Shown here piece after piece: positions 37,561 through 46,441 of a DNA stretch of 64,000 bases. Both the position numbers and the translations under genes were made by a program. How positions within the stretch are numbered: the stretch's first letter is position 1; each line of letters starts with the position of its first letter. Source of the stretch: Gemmatimonadales bacterium (GTDB lineage: Bacteria; Gemmatimonadota; Gemmatimonadetes; Gemmatimonadales; GWC2-71-9); assembly GCA_044867445.1 (NCBI GenBank), contig JBIOUY010000027.1, positions 18,124-82,123 of the forward strand, written 5' to 3'. Below the pieces are notes generated by a model that made no database searches, was not told the origin of the DNA, and was given only the letters and a program-made list of their open reading frames with translations.

Positions 37561-39393
37561 GTGCGGCCAGGGCTCCGGCTGCTGCGACAGGTGTCGCCAT
37601 ACCGCGGCATGCTCGCGCTCGGCCTGGCCAGCACCTTCTTTGCTTCGTTGCTGGACGGCTTTACGCTGATCATTCTCATTCCGCTGCTACGGAATCTGTT
37701 CGGCACCTCGGGGGAACTGCATGCCGGCTCGACCAGGCTGGAAGAGCTCACCGCCAGGCTGGTCGAGCCAGTGGTAGCCGGTCTCTCGCATGGGGCTGCC
37801 GCCGGGCGCCTGGTCGTGGTCCTTGCGCTCGTGCTGCTGCTCAAGAACGCACTGGCGTACGCCTCCACCCAGATTACTGTGGCAATCCAGGAGGGTCTGG
37901 TGCGCGACCTGCGCGTCCGGATTTTCAATCACCTCCTTACCTTGCCCTTGGGGTACTTTCAGCACACCCGCGCAGGCCAGCTCATTTCCGGAATCATCAC
38001 CGAGGTCGATCAGACCAAGACGGTAATTACCGCGTCCCTGATCTCGCTGTTTCAAAACGTGGTCGTGGTCCTGGTGACATTGTTCGTGCTGAGCCAGATC
38101 TCGCTCCGGCTGACACTGTTCACCCTGGCCTTTGTCCCCGTTCTCGTGCTCCTGTTGCAGACCATGATCCGGCGCTTGCGCGCCCACTCCCGCGCCCGCA
38201 CCCGAGAGCGAGGGGAGATCACGGCTACCATCACGGAGCGCGTCGGCGCCATCCGGCTGATCCGCTCCTACGGAGAAGAGGTCCGAGAAGGGGACACTTT
38301 CGCCGCCCAGGCCAATCGCTATCGCAAGCAGGTGATTCGAACCCAGCGGTTCTCCTCCATCACCAGCCCGCTCACCGAGGTGTTTTCCGGCTTCCTGGTC
38401 ATCCTCATCATCTGGGCCGGTACCCGGCCGGCACTGGTGGGACTCGCTACCCCGCTGGCGCCGGAGGCGATCATCGTCTTTCTGATGGCCGCGCTCAAGC
38501 TGACCTCTCCGCTCAAGACGATTGCCTCCTTTCCGGCGGTCATGGCGATCACTCTTGCGAGCGCGGAACGGGTGTTCGAGATCCTGGACGAGCCCTCGAG
38601 CGAGCTGGACCGTCCCGGCGAAGGGCAGGCCCGCTTCGATCGAGAACTCGTGTTTGACCGGGTTTCCTTTCGCTATGGTGCCGGCGACCCGGTGCTCAGC
38701 GATGTTTCCTTTTCCATGGCGAAGGGAAGGGTCATCGCGCTCGTCGGACCATCCGGTGCGGGGAAGACGACCCTGGCCGATTTGCTCCCCCGGTTTCATG
38801 ATCCGACCGGTGGACAGATTCTCATGGATGGTGTCCCGCTTACTCGGCTCACCCGCCGGTCGCTCCGCTCGCTCATGGGGGTGGTGAGCCAGGACACCGT
38901 TCTCCTCAACGACACGGTTTACGCGAACATCGCCTACGGCTCGCCAGGCGCTACCCGGCTGCAAGTGGAGCTGGCGGCCGCGGCCGCGAACGCCGCCGGA
39001 TTCATCGCCCAGCTGCCCCAGGGCTATGACACCCTTCTGGGGGAGCGGGGAACCCGGCTCTCCGGCGGCCAGCGGCAACGGATCGCTATCGCCCGGGCTT
39101 TGCTGAGGGACCCGCCGATTCTGATTCTGGACGAGGCGACCAGCGCGCTTGATACCGAATCGGAGCGCCTGGTACAGCAGGCCATCGAGCGGCTGATCCG
39201 GGAACGCACCGTGTTGGTGATCGCGCACCGGCTCGCCACCGTCCGCGATGCCGATGAGATCGTGGTCCTCGACGCCGGCCGGGTGGTCCAGCGCGGCACC
39301 CATGAGGAGCTGTTCCGCGCGGGCGGTTTGTACCGCAGGCTGTACGATCTTCAGTTCCGGGACGAGGAAACCATCCTCGCCGCGGATGTGTGA
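37561..39393 (+). CDS. ABC exporter, fused permease/ATPase (MsbA-like lipid/glycan flippase family)
   Basis: Six-TM domain. Walker A GPSGAGKTT, signature LSGGQRQR and Walker B ILILDEATSALD. Confidence 0.9.
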   Translation: MRPGLRLLRQVSPYRGMLALGLASTFFASLLDGFTLIILIPLLRNLFGTSGELHAGSTRLEELTARLVEPVVAGLSHGAAAGRLVVVLALVLLLKNALAYASTQITVAIQEGLVRDLRVRIFNHLLTLPLGYFQHTRAGQLISGIITEVDQTKTVITASLISLFQNVVVVLVTLFVLSQISLRLTLFTLAFVPVLVLLLQTMIRRLRAHSRARTRERGEITATITERVGAIRLIRSYGEEVREGDTFAAQANRYRKQVIRTQRFSSITSPLTEVFSGFLVILIIWAGTRPALVGLATPLAPEAIIVFLMAALKLTSPLKTIASFPAVMAITLASAERVFEILDEPSSELDRPGEGQARFDRELVFDRVSFRYGAGDPVLSDVSFSMAKGRVIALVGPSGAGKTTLADLLPRFHDPTGGQILMDGVPLTRLTRRSLRSLMGVVSQDTVLLNDTVYANIAYGSPGATRLQVELAAAAANAAGFIAQLPQGYDTLLGERGTRLSGGQRQRIAIARALLRDPPILILDEATSALDTESERLVQQAIERLIRERTVLVIAHRLATVRDADEIVVLDAGRVVQRGTHEELFRAGGLYRRLYDLQFRDEETILAADV

Positions 39394-39438
39394 GGCCGAT
39401 TCCTAAACTCCGGCTGCCCGGGGGAGACTGCTCGGGGC

Positions 39439-40419
39439 GTGACTGAGACGTACTCTGATGCCCGGATCCTCCTGATCGGGGCGTTCGACGACGCCATGTA
39501 TGCCCATACGGCGCTGCGCCGTCGCGCGCTTCAGCGTCTGGGCTGCGCGGTCGGGACACTGAATCTGACCAGCCCGCGCCGCTGGTGGAGCCGGTTCCGG
39601 CGGGTCAGTCTGCGGGAGCGGTTGGAACAGGCGATCGCGCAATCGGTGCCCGGGATCGTACTCGTCCTGGAAGGCAGACAGCTCGAGGCAGCGCTCGTCG
39701 CCGAACTCAAGCGCCGCACTCGCGCTCTGTGGCTCAACTGGTTCTGCGATGGCCGCCGCTCGCTCGAGACGGTCAGGTCCATTGCCCCGGCCTATGATCG
39801 GGTCTTCGTCGCTGGCAGCGAGGTGGTCGCCGCTCTGAAGCAGCCGGGCCAGCCGCCGGCCCGGTATCTCGCCCCCGCCTGCGATCCCTCCGTGCATCGG
39901 CCCATGCGATCTCGAGATCAGTTTCGGGCGAACCTGGTGTTCGCGGGCACCGCGACGCCCCATCGCGAGCGACTCCTGTCCGAGTTGGTGGAGTTCGGGT
40001 TGGCGGTATGGGGGCCTGGATGGCGAAAGACGAAACTACGGGACTACTGCCGGGGAGAGTTGCTGGATCACCTCGACTATATCCGGGCCTATGCCGGTGC
40101 ATCGGTCGCGCTCAATCTGCAGTGGGGTGAGAGCTCGGGCCCGGCTCTCGATCCCGGGTGCAACCGCCGGCTTTTCGAGCTTGCCGCCATCGGCGTGCCC
40201 CAGGTCGCGGAGGACCGTCCCGACCTGCATCTCCATTTCCAGGAGGGCTCCGAAGTGCTCGTCTCCCGGGGCATCGCCGACTTCAAGGCGCTCATCACGG
40301 AGGCGTTGCACGACCGGGGATGGGCCGAGCAAGTGGCGGCCGGCGCGCGGCAGCGAGCGCTGACCGAGCACACCTATATGCACCGGATGGCCGAGCTGTT
40401 GAAGGCAGTGAGAAGTTAG
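39439..40419 (+). CDS. CgeB-family (DUF3880-type) glycosyltransferase-like protein
   Basis: The pattern FAGTATPHRERLL...WGPGW...NRRLFELAAIG...HTY..R resembles the CgeB/YkvP-type family. GTG start. The last codons and the stop lie in module F. Confidence 0.55.
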   Translation: MTETYSDARILLIGAFDDAMYAHTALRRRALQRLGCAVGTLNLTSPRRWWSRFRRVSLRERLEQAIAQSVPGIVLVLEGRQLEAALVAELKRRTRALWLNWFCDGRRSLETVRSIAPAYDRVFVAGSEVVAALKQPGQPPARYLAPACDPSVHRPMRSRDQFRANLVFAGTATPHRERLLSELVEFGLAVWGPGWRKTKLRDYCRGELLDHLDYIRAYAGASVALNLQWGESSGPALDPGCNRRLFELAAIGVPQVAEDRPDLHLHFQEGSEVLVSRGIADFKALITEALHDRGWAEQVAAGARQRALTEHTYMHRMAELLKAVRS

Positions 40420-40614
40420 AAGTGAGAAGTGAGAAGTGAGAACAAGTGAGAAGTGAGAAGTGGATCGAGTTCGCCGTTTCCAGTCCGCCGCGACTTCCCG
40501 GTACGTTCGGGACAGATCCCTCGCTGCGCTCGGGATGAGGAGCCCCGCTCCTCACTGCTCACCTCTCACCTCTCACCTCTCACCTCTCACCTCTCACTGC
40601 TCACTGCTCACTGC
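40405..40614. repeat. paired inverted heptamer-array module F (GTGAGAA / CTCACCT, CTCACTG type) between convergent glycosyltransferase genes
   Basis: Left arm at 40405-40462 with about 8 units. Right arm at 40547-40614 with about 10 units. The core carries GATCCCTCGCTGCGCTCGGGATGAGG at 40515-40540. Both flanking genes terminate inside the arms (stops at 40417 and 40601). Confidence 0.92.
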
Positions 40615-41527
40615 TGTTCGGCATCTCCCCCGTCTTCAAATACTCGCTAAACACCCGCAGGTAGCCTTCCGCCATCGCCAGGTGGGAAAAGTGCCGCTCG
40701 GCACGGGCCCGGCACGCGGCGGGATCGATCCGATCGATGCCGCGCGCCAGTTCGACCAACTCCTCCACGCTATCCCCCAGGGCGCCTACTTCCGCTGTGA
40801 CGATCTCGGGCAAGCTACCCCGACGGGTGCCCAGTATCGGTGTGCCGCACATCAAGGCCTCGAGCAGAACATTGGCGCAGGGCTCGTCCCAGAGGGCCGG
40901 CATCCAGAGGCAGCGCGCGCCGGCCAACAGCGTCATGCGTTGTTCCCCGTACACTGTGCCAACGTACCGGACCCAGCGACTGAAGCTAGGCCGCCAGCCG
41001 CCCGCCACCACCAGACGCCGCCGGCTACGCTTCGCTCCCTCCGCGGCCCAGTGATAGCCTTTGGCATGGTGCAGCCGTCCCAGGAAGAGGTCGAAGTCGG
41101 TCTTGATCGGCTGGAAGGGATATTCCCTCGGGTCCACGCCGTTGTACACGAACGTGTGGCCACCATGACGCCGAGCATGATCGGCACTGACGAACAGGGT
41201 GTTCGGGGGGCAGACCTGGCCAGGCCTCCGGTTGCCGGCCAGGCGCCAGATCCAGGGCACCCGGGGCGGAACATGCAATGGCGAGAAGGCGCAGAGAATA
41301 TCGATATCAGCAGGCAACCATGGTTGGATATCGAAACTCGGCCCGCGTGCGGCCCGGACGTCCACCGGCACCAGCGTGGTCTCGCGGACCTCTGATCCCG
41401 ATCCGGCCAGCAGGGTAACGCGGGTTCCCAACTCCGCCAATCCGCGAGCCACAGTGACGATTGCCCGCTGAGTGCCGCCATAACCCTGCACCGGGAGCCG
41501 GTCGGGAAAGAAGAGGGCCACGTGCAT
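40601..41527 (-). CDS. glycosyltransferase family 4 (GT-B, GT1 clan)
   Basis: C-terminal EPCANVLLEALMCGTPILGTRRGSLPE (E-x7-E type motif). N-terminal YGGTQR... region. Confidence 0.75.
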   Translation of the reverse strand: MHVALFFPDRLPVQGYGGTQRAIVTVARGLAELGTRVTLLAGSGSEVRETTLVPVDVRAARGPSFDIQPWLPADIDILCAFSPLHVPPRVPWIWRLAGNRRPGQVCPPNTLFVSADHARRHGGHTFVYNGVDPREYPFQPIKTDFDLFLGRLHHAKGYHWAAEGAKRSRRRLVVAGGWRPSFSRWVRYVGTVYGEQRMTLLAGARCLWMPALWDEPCANVLLEALMCGTPILGTRRGSLPEIVTAEVGALGDSVEELVELARGIDRIDPAACRARAERHFSHLAMAEGYLRVFSEYLKTGEMPNSSEQ

Positions 41528-41636
41528 GGCGCGGTATCATAGTGGGCGGGGTACCGCGAACAAGTGGCGCAACGTGGCGGGTGCAGGAGGGCCACGATAT
41601 GTTACGGCCGCGCCGAACGAAATCTCCTCGAGGTTT

Positions 41637-42500
41637 GTGGTGGTCAAAGTCTCCGGGTTTACCATCGTCCGCAACGCGGTGCAGCTCGATTTTCCTCTGG
41701 TCGAGAGCATTCGTTCGATCCTGCCGATCTGCGACGAAGTCGTAGTCAATGTCGGAAAGTCAGACGACGATACGCTGAGCCTGGTGCAGTCGATTGCCGA
41801 TCCCAGGATCCGCGTTCTCGAGACCGAATGGGATCTCAGCAAGCGCAATTTCGTATTCGGTGAGGAGACGCTGCGCGCCATGCGGGCCTGCCAGTACCCG
41901 TGGGGCGTGTACATCCAGGCAGATGAAGTTCTGCACGAGGACGGCGCCGTCGAGCTGCGCCGCGCCATCGAGGAAAACGACGGCGACCCGCGGGTGGAAG
42001 GACTCTTGGTGCAATACCTGCACTTTTACGGCGGACTGGACACCGTGGCCACCCACCGGCGGTGGTATCGGAGAGAGATTCGGGCCGTGCGTCTCGATCC
42101 AGCGTTGGATATCCGACCGTACCAGGGGGCGCAAGGATTTCGTGTCGGCCCCAACGCGCGAAAGATCCGCGCCCGCCTGACCGGAGCCCAGATGTTCCAC
42201 TACGGCTGGGGCCGCCCGGCCAAAGCGCTGCAGGCCAAGCGCGCAGTGACACGGGGCTTCTTCCCGCACAAGCAGCCGGACACCGCCCCGCTGCTACCGT
42301 GGATCCCGGGCATCCGTCCGTTCAGGGGACAGCACCCCGCCGTTGCCCGGGATTGGGTCGAAGCCCGTCGGCATGACCCTGAGCGCCGGATCGGTCCCCG
42401 CTTTTTCCACCCCCAGCACGTGCGGCTCTACATCTCCGATGCCATCGAGCGCCTGACGGGACACCGGGTGTTCGAGTTCCGCAACTACACCCTGGTTTGA
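41637..42500 (+). CDS. glycosyltransferase (GT2-like)
   Basis: SGFTIVRNA...ICDEVVVNVGKSDDDT...IQADEVLHED pattern. The start is uncertain. I prefer the GTG at 41637 over the ATG at 41526, which would overlap the divergent gene start. Confidence 0.5.
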   Translation: MVVKVSGFTIVRNAVQLDFPLVESIRSILPICDEVVVNVGKSDDDTLSLVQSIADPRIRVLETEWDLSKRNFVFGEETLRAMRACQYPWGVYIQADEVLHEDGAVELRRAIEENDGDPRVEGLLVQYLHFYGGLDTVATHRRWYRREIRAVRLDPALDIRPYQGAQGFRVGPNARKIRARLTGAQMFHYGWGRPAKALQAKRAVTRGFFPHKQPDTAPLLPWIPGIRPFRGQHPAVARDWVEARRHDPERRIGPRFFHPQHVRLYISDAIERLTGHRVFEFRNYTLV

Positions 42501-43537
42501 TCACTTTCGCGCTCGTCGAGGTGGGACGTGCTCCGACTGGCAGGTGGCTCGGTCGGGTCGAGAGGGTACCCTTGCCCGTCAAGCAGGAGCGCGAGCCGGT
42601 GGGCGTAGGTGTGATGATCGAGAGCGTGGCGCCGGCCTGCTCGTGCAATGGCGACACGGGAGTCTGATTTCCGCAGGTAGTATCGCACCAGGTCGACTGC
42701 CTCGTCGGCCGGGTCATACCACACGCAGTGCTCGCCACCCCGCGCCAGCTGGTCGATGCCCTCCACCCAGGGTCCGAGATAAAACCCGCCGCATCCCAGA
42801 ATCTTCCACATCCGGTTCGAGGCGCAGGCCTGCTCCGAGCGCTGATTGGGAAAGGCGTGACCGCCGATCGAGACCGAAGCCCCTCGTACCACTCGGGCGA
42901 ACTGCCGGCCGCGGACCGAGCCACCGACAACCGGGAGATCACCCGGTGCCCCTTCCCAGCCCGGCCCCCTGATCTGCAGATCGAAGTTGGCCGCGACGGC
43001 ACGCAGCAGCTGGTGGCGATAGGGGTACTGGCCCGACCCGACGAATGAGACCTCGCAGCGGTAGCGCCGCCGGCTCCATCGCGCCGGGCGATCGACCTTG
43101 GGATCGACAGCCTGGGGCAGGAAGCCGACCCAGTCTACGCCGGCGGTCCGGTACAGGTCGGCCTGTGAGGGACAGGTGACGAACATCTGGTCGACGGCCC
43201 GGCCCAGTCGGATGATTCGCTCGTGGGCCTGAGTCACCAGGTCGAAGAACCAGAGGGCGGATCGACGGCCGTGCACCACGGCCTCGAGGCTGCTGCCATC
43301 CAGATCGGCGGCGTAGCGGGTCAGGATGACGGTGTCGGGTGCGAAGCCGTCCACGCGCCAGCGCACCATGCGCCCGGCACGAGCGCCGAGACGGCGGTAC
43401 CAGCGGGGGACATCGATCAGGCGGACACGGTGGCCCAGCGCGTGAAGCCCGCGGACAATCGCGGCCTCGGTGCGGTGTGAGCCACGCCGTCCCAGGACCA
43501 CCACGCGGCGCGGCCGTGCTGCTTCTCGCGAGTTCAT
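42485..43537 (-). CDS. CgeB-family (DUF3880-type) glycosyltransferase-like protein
   Basis: It is a paralogue-like match to 39439-40419 (FVGSGQYPYRHQLL...RGPGW...NRMWKILGCGG...HTYAHR). Confidence 0.55.
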   Translation of the reverse strand: MNSREAARPRRVVVLGRRGSHRTEAAIVRGLHALGHRVRLIDVPRWYRRLGARAGRMVRWRVDGFAPDTVILTRYAADLDGSSLEAVVHGRRSALWFFDLVTQAHERIIRLGRAVDQMFVTCPSQADLYRTAGVDWVGFLPQAVDPKVDRPARWSRRRYRCEVSFVGSGQYPYRHQLLRAVAANFDLQIRGPGWEGAPGDLPVVGGSVRGRQFARVVRGASVSIGGHAFPNQRSEQACASNRMWKILGCGGFYLGPWVEGIDQLARGGEHCVWYDPADEAVDLVRYYLRKSDSRVAIARAGRRHALDHHTYAHRLALLLDGQGYPLDPTEPPASRSTSHLDERESDQTRV

Positions 43538-43558
43538 GAAGGACCTAATTTAGCAGTC

Positions 43559-44335
43559 ATGTCCCTCCCCGTCACAATCGTGATACCCACGCTGAATGAA
43601 GCGGACCAGATCGCCGACTGCGTCCGGCAGCTGGCCTGGGCCGACGAGATCATCGTGGCGGATGCGGGCTCGAGTGATAGCACCGTCCCGTTCGCCCGCG
43701 AGGCCGGCGCGATGGTGCTGGAAGGGATCGGGCCCACGATTGCGGCGCAACGCAACACCGCCATCGCCCGCGCGCGCAATTCCTGGATATTCGCTCTCGA
43801 TGCGGACGAGCGATTTAGCGACGAGCTTCGGGAGGAGCTGGCGACTACGCTGTCCAACCCGCAACACCGCGCCTACCGGGTGCGACGCCGCAACTTTTAC
43901 CTCGGCAGCGAGCTTCGTCGCGGCCATTGGGGAAGGGACTGGGTCACCCGGCTCTTCGCCAGGGAGTGTCGCTGGCGGGAGCGCCGGGTGCACGAGACCC
44001 TCGAGTTCGAGGGCGAGTCCGGCGTCCTCCGGGGCACCCTGCTGCATTCGCCGTATCGAACCCTCTCGCATCAGCTGGAGAAGATGGACCGCTACGCCCG
44101 ATGGGGCGCCCAGGATCTCTACGATGGAGGCCGTCGCGCTTCGGCGTGGGATCTCTGGGCTCGGCCCCTGGGCCGGTTCGCCCGGGCCTACCTGCTGCAG
44201 GGCGCGATCTTCGATGGCCGCTTCGGGCTGGTGGCCTCCGCTCTGGGTGCCTACACCGGCTTCCTCAAGTATGCCCATCTCTGGGCCCTGGAGCGTGCTC
44301 GCCTTTCCCAGTCGACGCCCGAGGGGCGTCCGTGA
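43559..44335 (+). CDS. glycosyltransferase family 2
   Basis: VTIVIPTLNEA start and DAD (DxD) motif; 258 aa. Confidence 0.8.
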   Translation: MSLPVTIVIPTLNEADQIADCVRQLAWADEIIVADAGSSDSTVPFAREAGAMVLEGIGPTIAAQRNTAIARARNSWIFALDADERFSDELREELATTLSNPQHRAYRVRRRNFYLGSELRRGHWGRDWVTRLFARECRWRERRVHETLEFEGESGVLRGTLLHSPYRTLSHQLEKMDRYARWGAQDLYDGGRRASAWDLWARPLGRFARAYLLQGAIFDGRFGLVASALGAYTGFLKYAHLWALERARLSQSTPEGRP

Positions 44336-44367
44336 GCCGCCGGCCGGCCACCGCGGTGATCCCTGAT

Positions 44368-45471
44368 ATGCGAGTGGCCTTGATGACCGGCGCCAGCGGC
44401 TGGCGTGGATCGGCTGCCAGCTATGCCAAGATCGCCCGAGGTCTGCTGGAACGAGGCCATGAGTCGCTCTTGCTCACTGGGGCGCCCAGGCTGACGGCGC
44501 GGTTTATCGAGGAAGGACTGCCGGTCACCCAGCTTCCCGCCCGGAACACCGGCCCGCGGGAGGTCTGGGCACTCAATCGGGTGCTGCGCCGGCTGAGTGC
44601 TCAGGCGATCATCGTCGATACCCCTCGTGACCTGCGGCTGGCAGGATATGCCACGCTTCCGCTGGGCACCAGGGTGGTGTATCGCTACAATCTCAATTAT
44701 CGACCTGCGAGAGGGCACCTGGCCGACCGGATGTATGCCCGGAGAATCTCCTTGCTGGTATTTCAGTCGAGGTTCATTCGGGAAGACGCGTATCGGCAGT
44801 CACCCTGGCTTCGTCGTATTCCCGAGGTGCAGATCCCCAACGGATACGATACCGATCGGTACCAACCCGATCCTCAGGCGGGGCTGTCCTTCCGCGCCGC
44901 ACGTGGGATCGATCCGGAGCGGTTCGTCGTCGTCACACCGGGCAAGCTGGCCCGCAACAAGGGGCACGACGTGGCCTTTCACGCGTTGGCGACGGTCGCG
45001 GCGCGGGAGGCGATACCTCTCACCTATGTGGTCCTGGGTGATGGTGTGCGCGAGGCAGAGCTCCGCTCCCTTGCTGAGCGGCTGTGCCTGCCCACGATCT
45101 TCACCGGGTTGCTCAGTCCAGCCGAGGTGGCAGCGGCGCTCAACGCGGCCGATCTAGTGGTGCACCCGTCACCTCAGGAGATTTTCCCCAACGCTGTGGG
45201 CGAGGCGATGTCATGTGCCCGTCCCGTCGTTGCGACCGACGCCGGCGGCACCGGTGAGCTGGTCGGACGCGACGGGGCCGCGGGCGTGCTGGTGCCGCCG
45301 GGTAATTCGGAAGCCTTGGCCGGGGCGGTCGCGGCTCTGGTTCGCGATCCCGAACGACGCCGGTCGCTCGGGATCGGGGGACGCCGGCGGATCGAAACCG
45401 AGTTTCCGCTGCGCCGGATGATCGACGGCTACGAGACCGCTCTCGCCGGGATGCTGCTTGCCCGTGGATGA
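44368..45471 (+). CDS. glycosyltransferase family 4
   Basis: MRVALMTG...GG N-terminus and C-terminal FPNAVGEAMSCARPVVATDAGGTGE. An alternative GTG start at 44332 overlaps the upstream stop. Confidence 0.8.
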   Translation: MRVALMTGASGWRGSAASYAKIARGLLERGHESLLLTGAPRLTARFIEEGLPVTQLPARNTGPREVWALNRVLRRLSAQAIIVDTPRDLRLAGYATLPLGTRVVYRYNLNYRPARGHLADRMYARRISLLVFQSRFIREDAYRQSPWLRRIPEVQIPNGYDTDRYQPDPQAGLSFRAARGIDPERFVVVTPGKLARNKGHDVAFHALATVAAREAIPLTYVVLGDGVREAELRSLAERLCLPTIFTGLLSPAEVAAALNAADLVVHPSPQEIFPNAVGEAMSCARPVVATDAGGTGELVGRDGAAGVLVPPGNSEALAGAVAALVRDPERRRSLGIGGRRRIETEFPLRRMIDGYETALAGMLLARG

Positions 45472-46432
45472 CATCCGCTGGTTCGCGCCCAACGCCTACT
45501 CATCGCTCATCGTTCCTGAGCTGCGGCGGCGAGGCCTCAAGATCGCCCTGGAAGGCAACGCGCCCGCCCGGCTGGTATTCGCCGCCGGAGCCCGGGTGGC
45601 CGACGTCGCCTGGCGCTATTCCCGAGCCATGCGCAGCGGGCTGATACTCTATGTCTGGGATCTCCCGCCGCGAGCCACCGGCACGGGCCGGCCCGACCCG
45701 GTGTGGTGGTTGGCCGGGCACTTTCTTCGCGTGCCGAGACCGTTCGGGGGGTATGGGCGCCGACGGGGGTACTTCAGCCGGCTGAATTACATCGCGGCTC
45801 GCGCGGATGCCGTGTGGGTGGCGAGCACGCTCACCCGGGAGCTGATGGCTGAGCGATTCGGCGTTGCGGCGGAGCGGGTCCCCTACTGCTACGACTCCGA
45901 GCGCTTTCGCCCTGCGGGCGCGGCACCGAGCCGGCCGCCAACTCTGCTCTGTGTCTCTCGCTTGCAGCCACACAAGAATCAAGCGGCGGTGCTTCGCGCG
46001 GCGGCCCGCTTTCGCCGTGAGGTCCGGGTCCGGCTCATTGGCCGCGGCCCTGAGAGCCAGACACTCGCCAACGCCGCCGCCGCCCTTGGTGTACGGTGCG
46101 ACATCGAAACCGACGCATCGGACGCGACCGTGACCGAAGCCTACCATACGGCGGGCGTGGTCGTCTGTCCCAGTCGTTTCGAGGGCTTCGGCCTCACGCC
46201 TATCGAAGGCGTAGCCTCCGGCGCTCCGGTGGTGGCATCGGACATCCCGCCGCATCGGGAGTTCGTGGGAACGGCCGCGAAGTTCTTTGAGCTCGAAGAC
46301 GACGCGGCCTTGGTTGGCGCGATCGATGCTGCTCTGGATGGGGGGCCGGCGGATCCCGAAGCGGTGCGCGCGCTGACCATCCCGGTAGCCGGGGAGCGGT
46401 TCCTGTCCTCCCTCGGCCGCTACCTCCGCTAA
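45458..46432 (+). CDS. glycosyltransferase family 4
   Basis: EGFGLTPIEGVASGAPVVASDIPPHRE motif. The start is TTG at 45458 or GTG at 45464, overlapping the upstream gene end. Confidence 0.75.
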   Translation: MPVDDIRWFAPNAYSSLIVPELRRRGLKIALEGNAPARLVFAAGARVADVAWRYSRAMRSGLILYVWDLPPRATGTGRPDPVWWLAGHFLRVPRPFGGYGRRRGYFSRLNYIAARADAVWVASTLTRELMAERFGVAAERVPYCYDSERFRPAGAAPSRPPTLLCVSRLQPHKNQAAVLRAAARFRREVRVRLIGRGPESQTLANAAAALGVRCDIETDASDATVTEAYHTAGVVVCPSRFEGFGLTPIEGVASGAPVVASDIPPHREFVGTAAKFFELEDDAALVGAIDAALDGGPADPEAVRALTIPVAGERFLSSLGRYLR

Positions 46433-46441
46433 ATTCTCACG

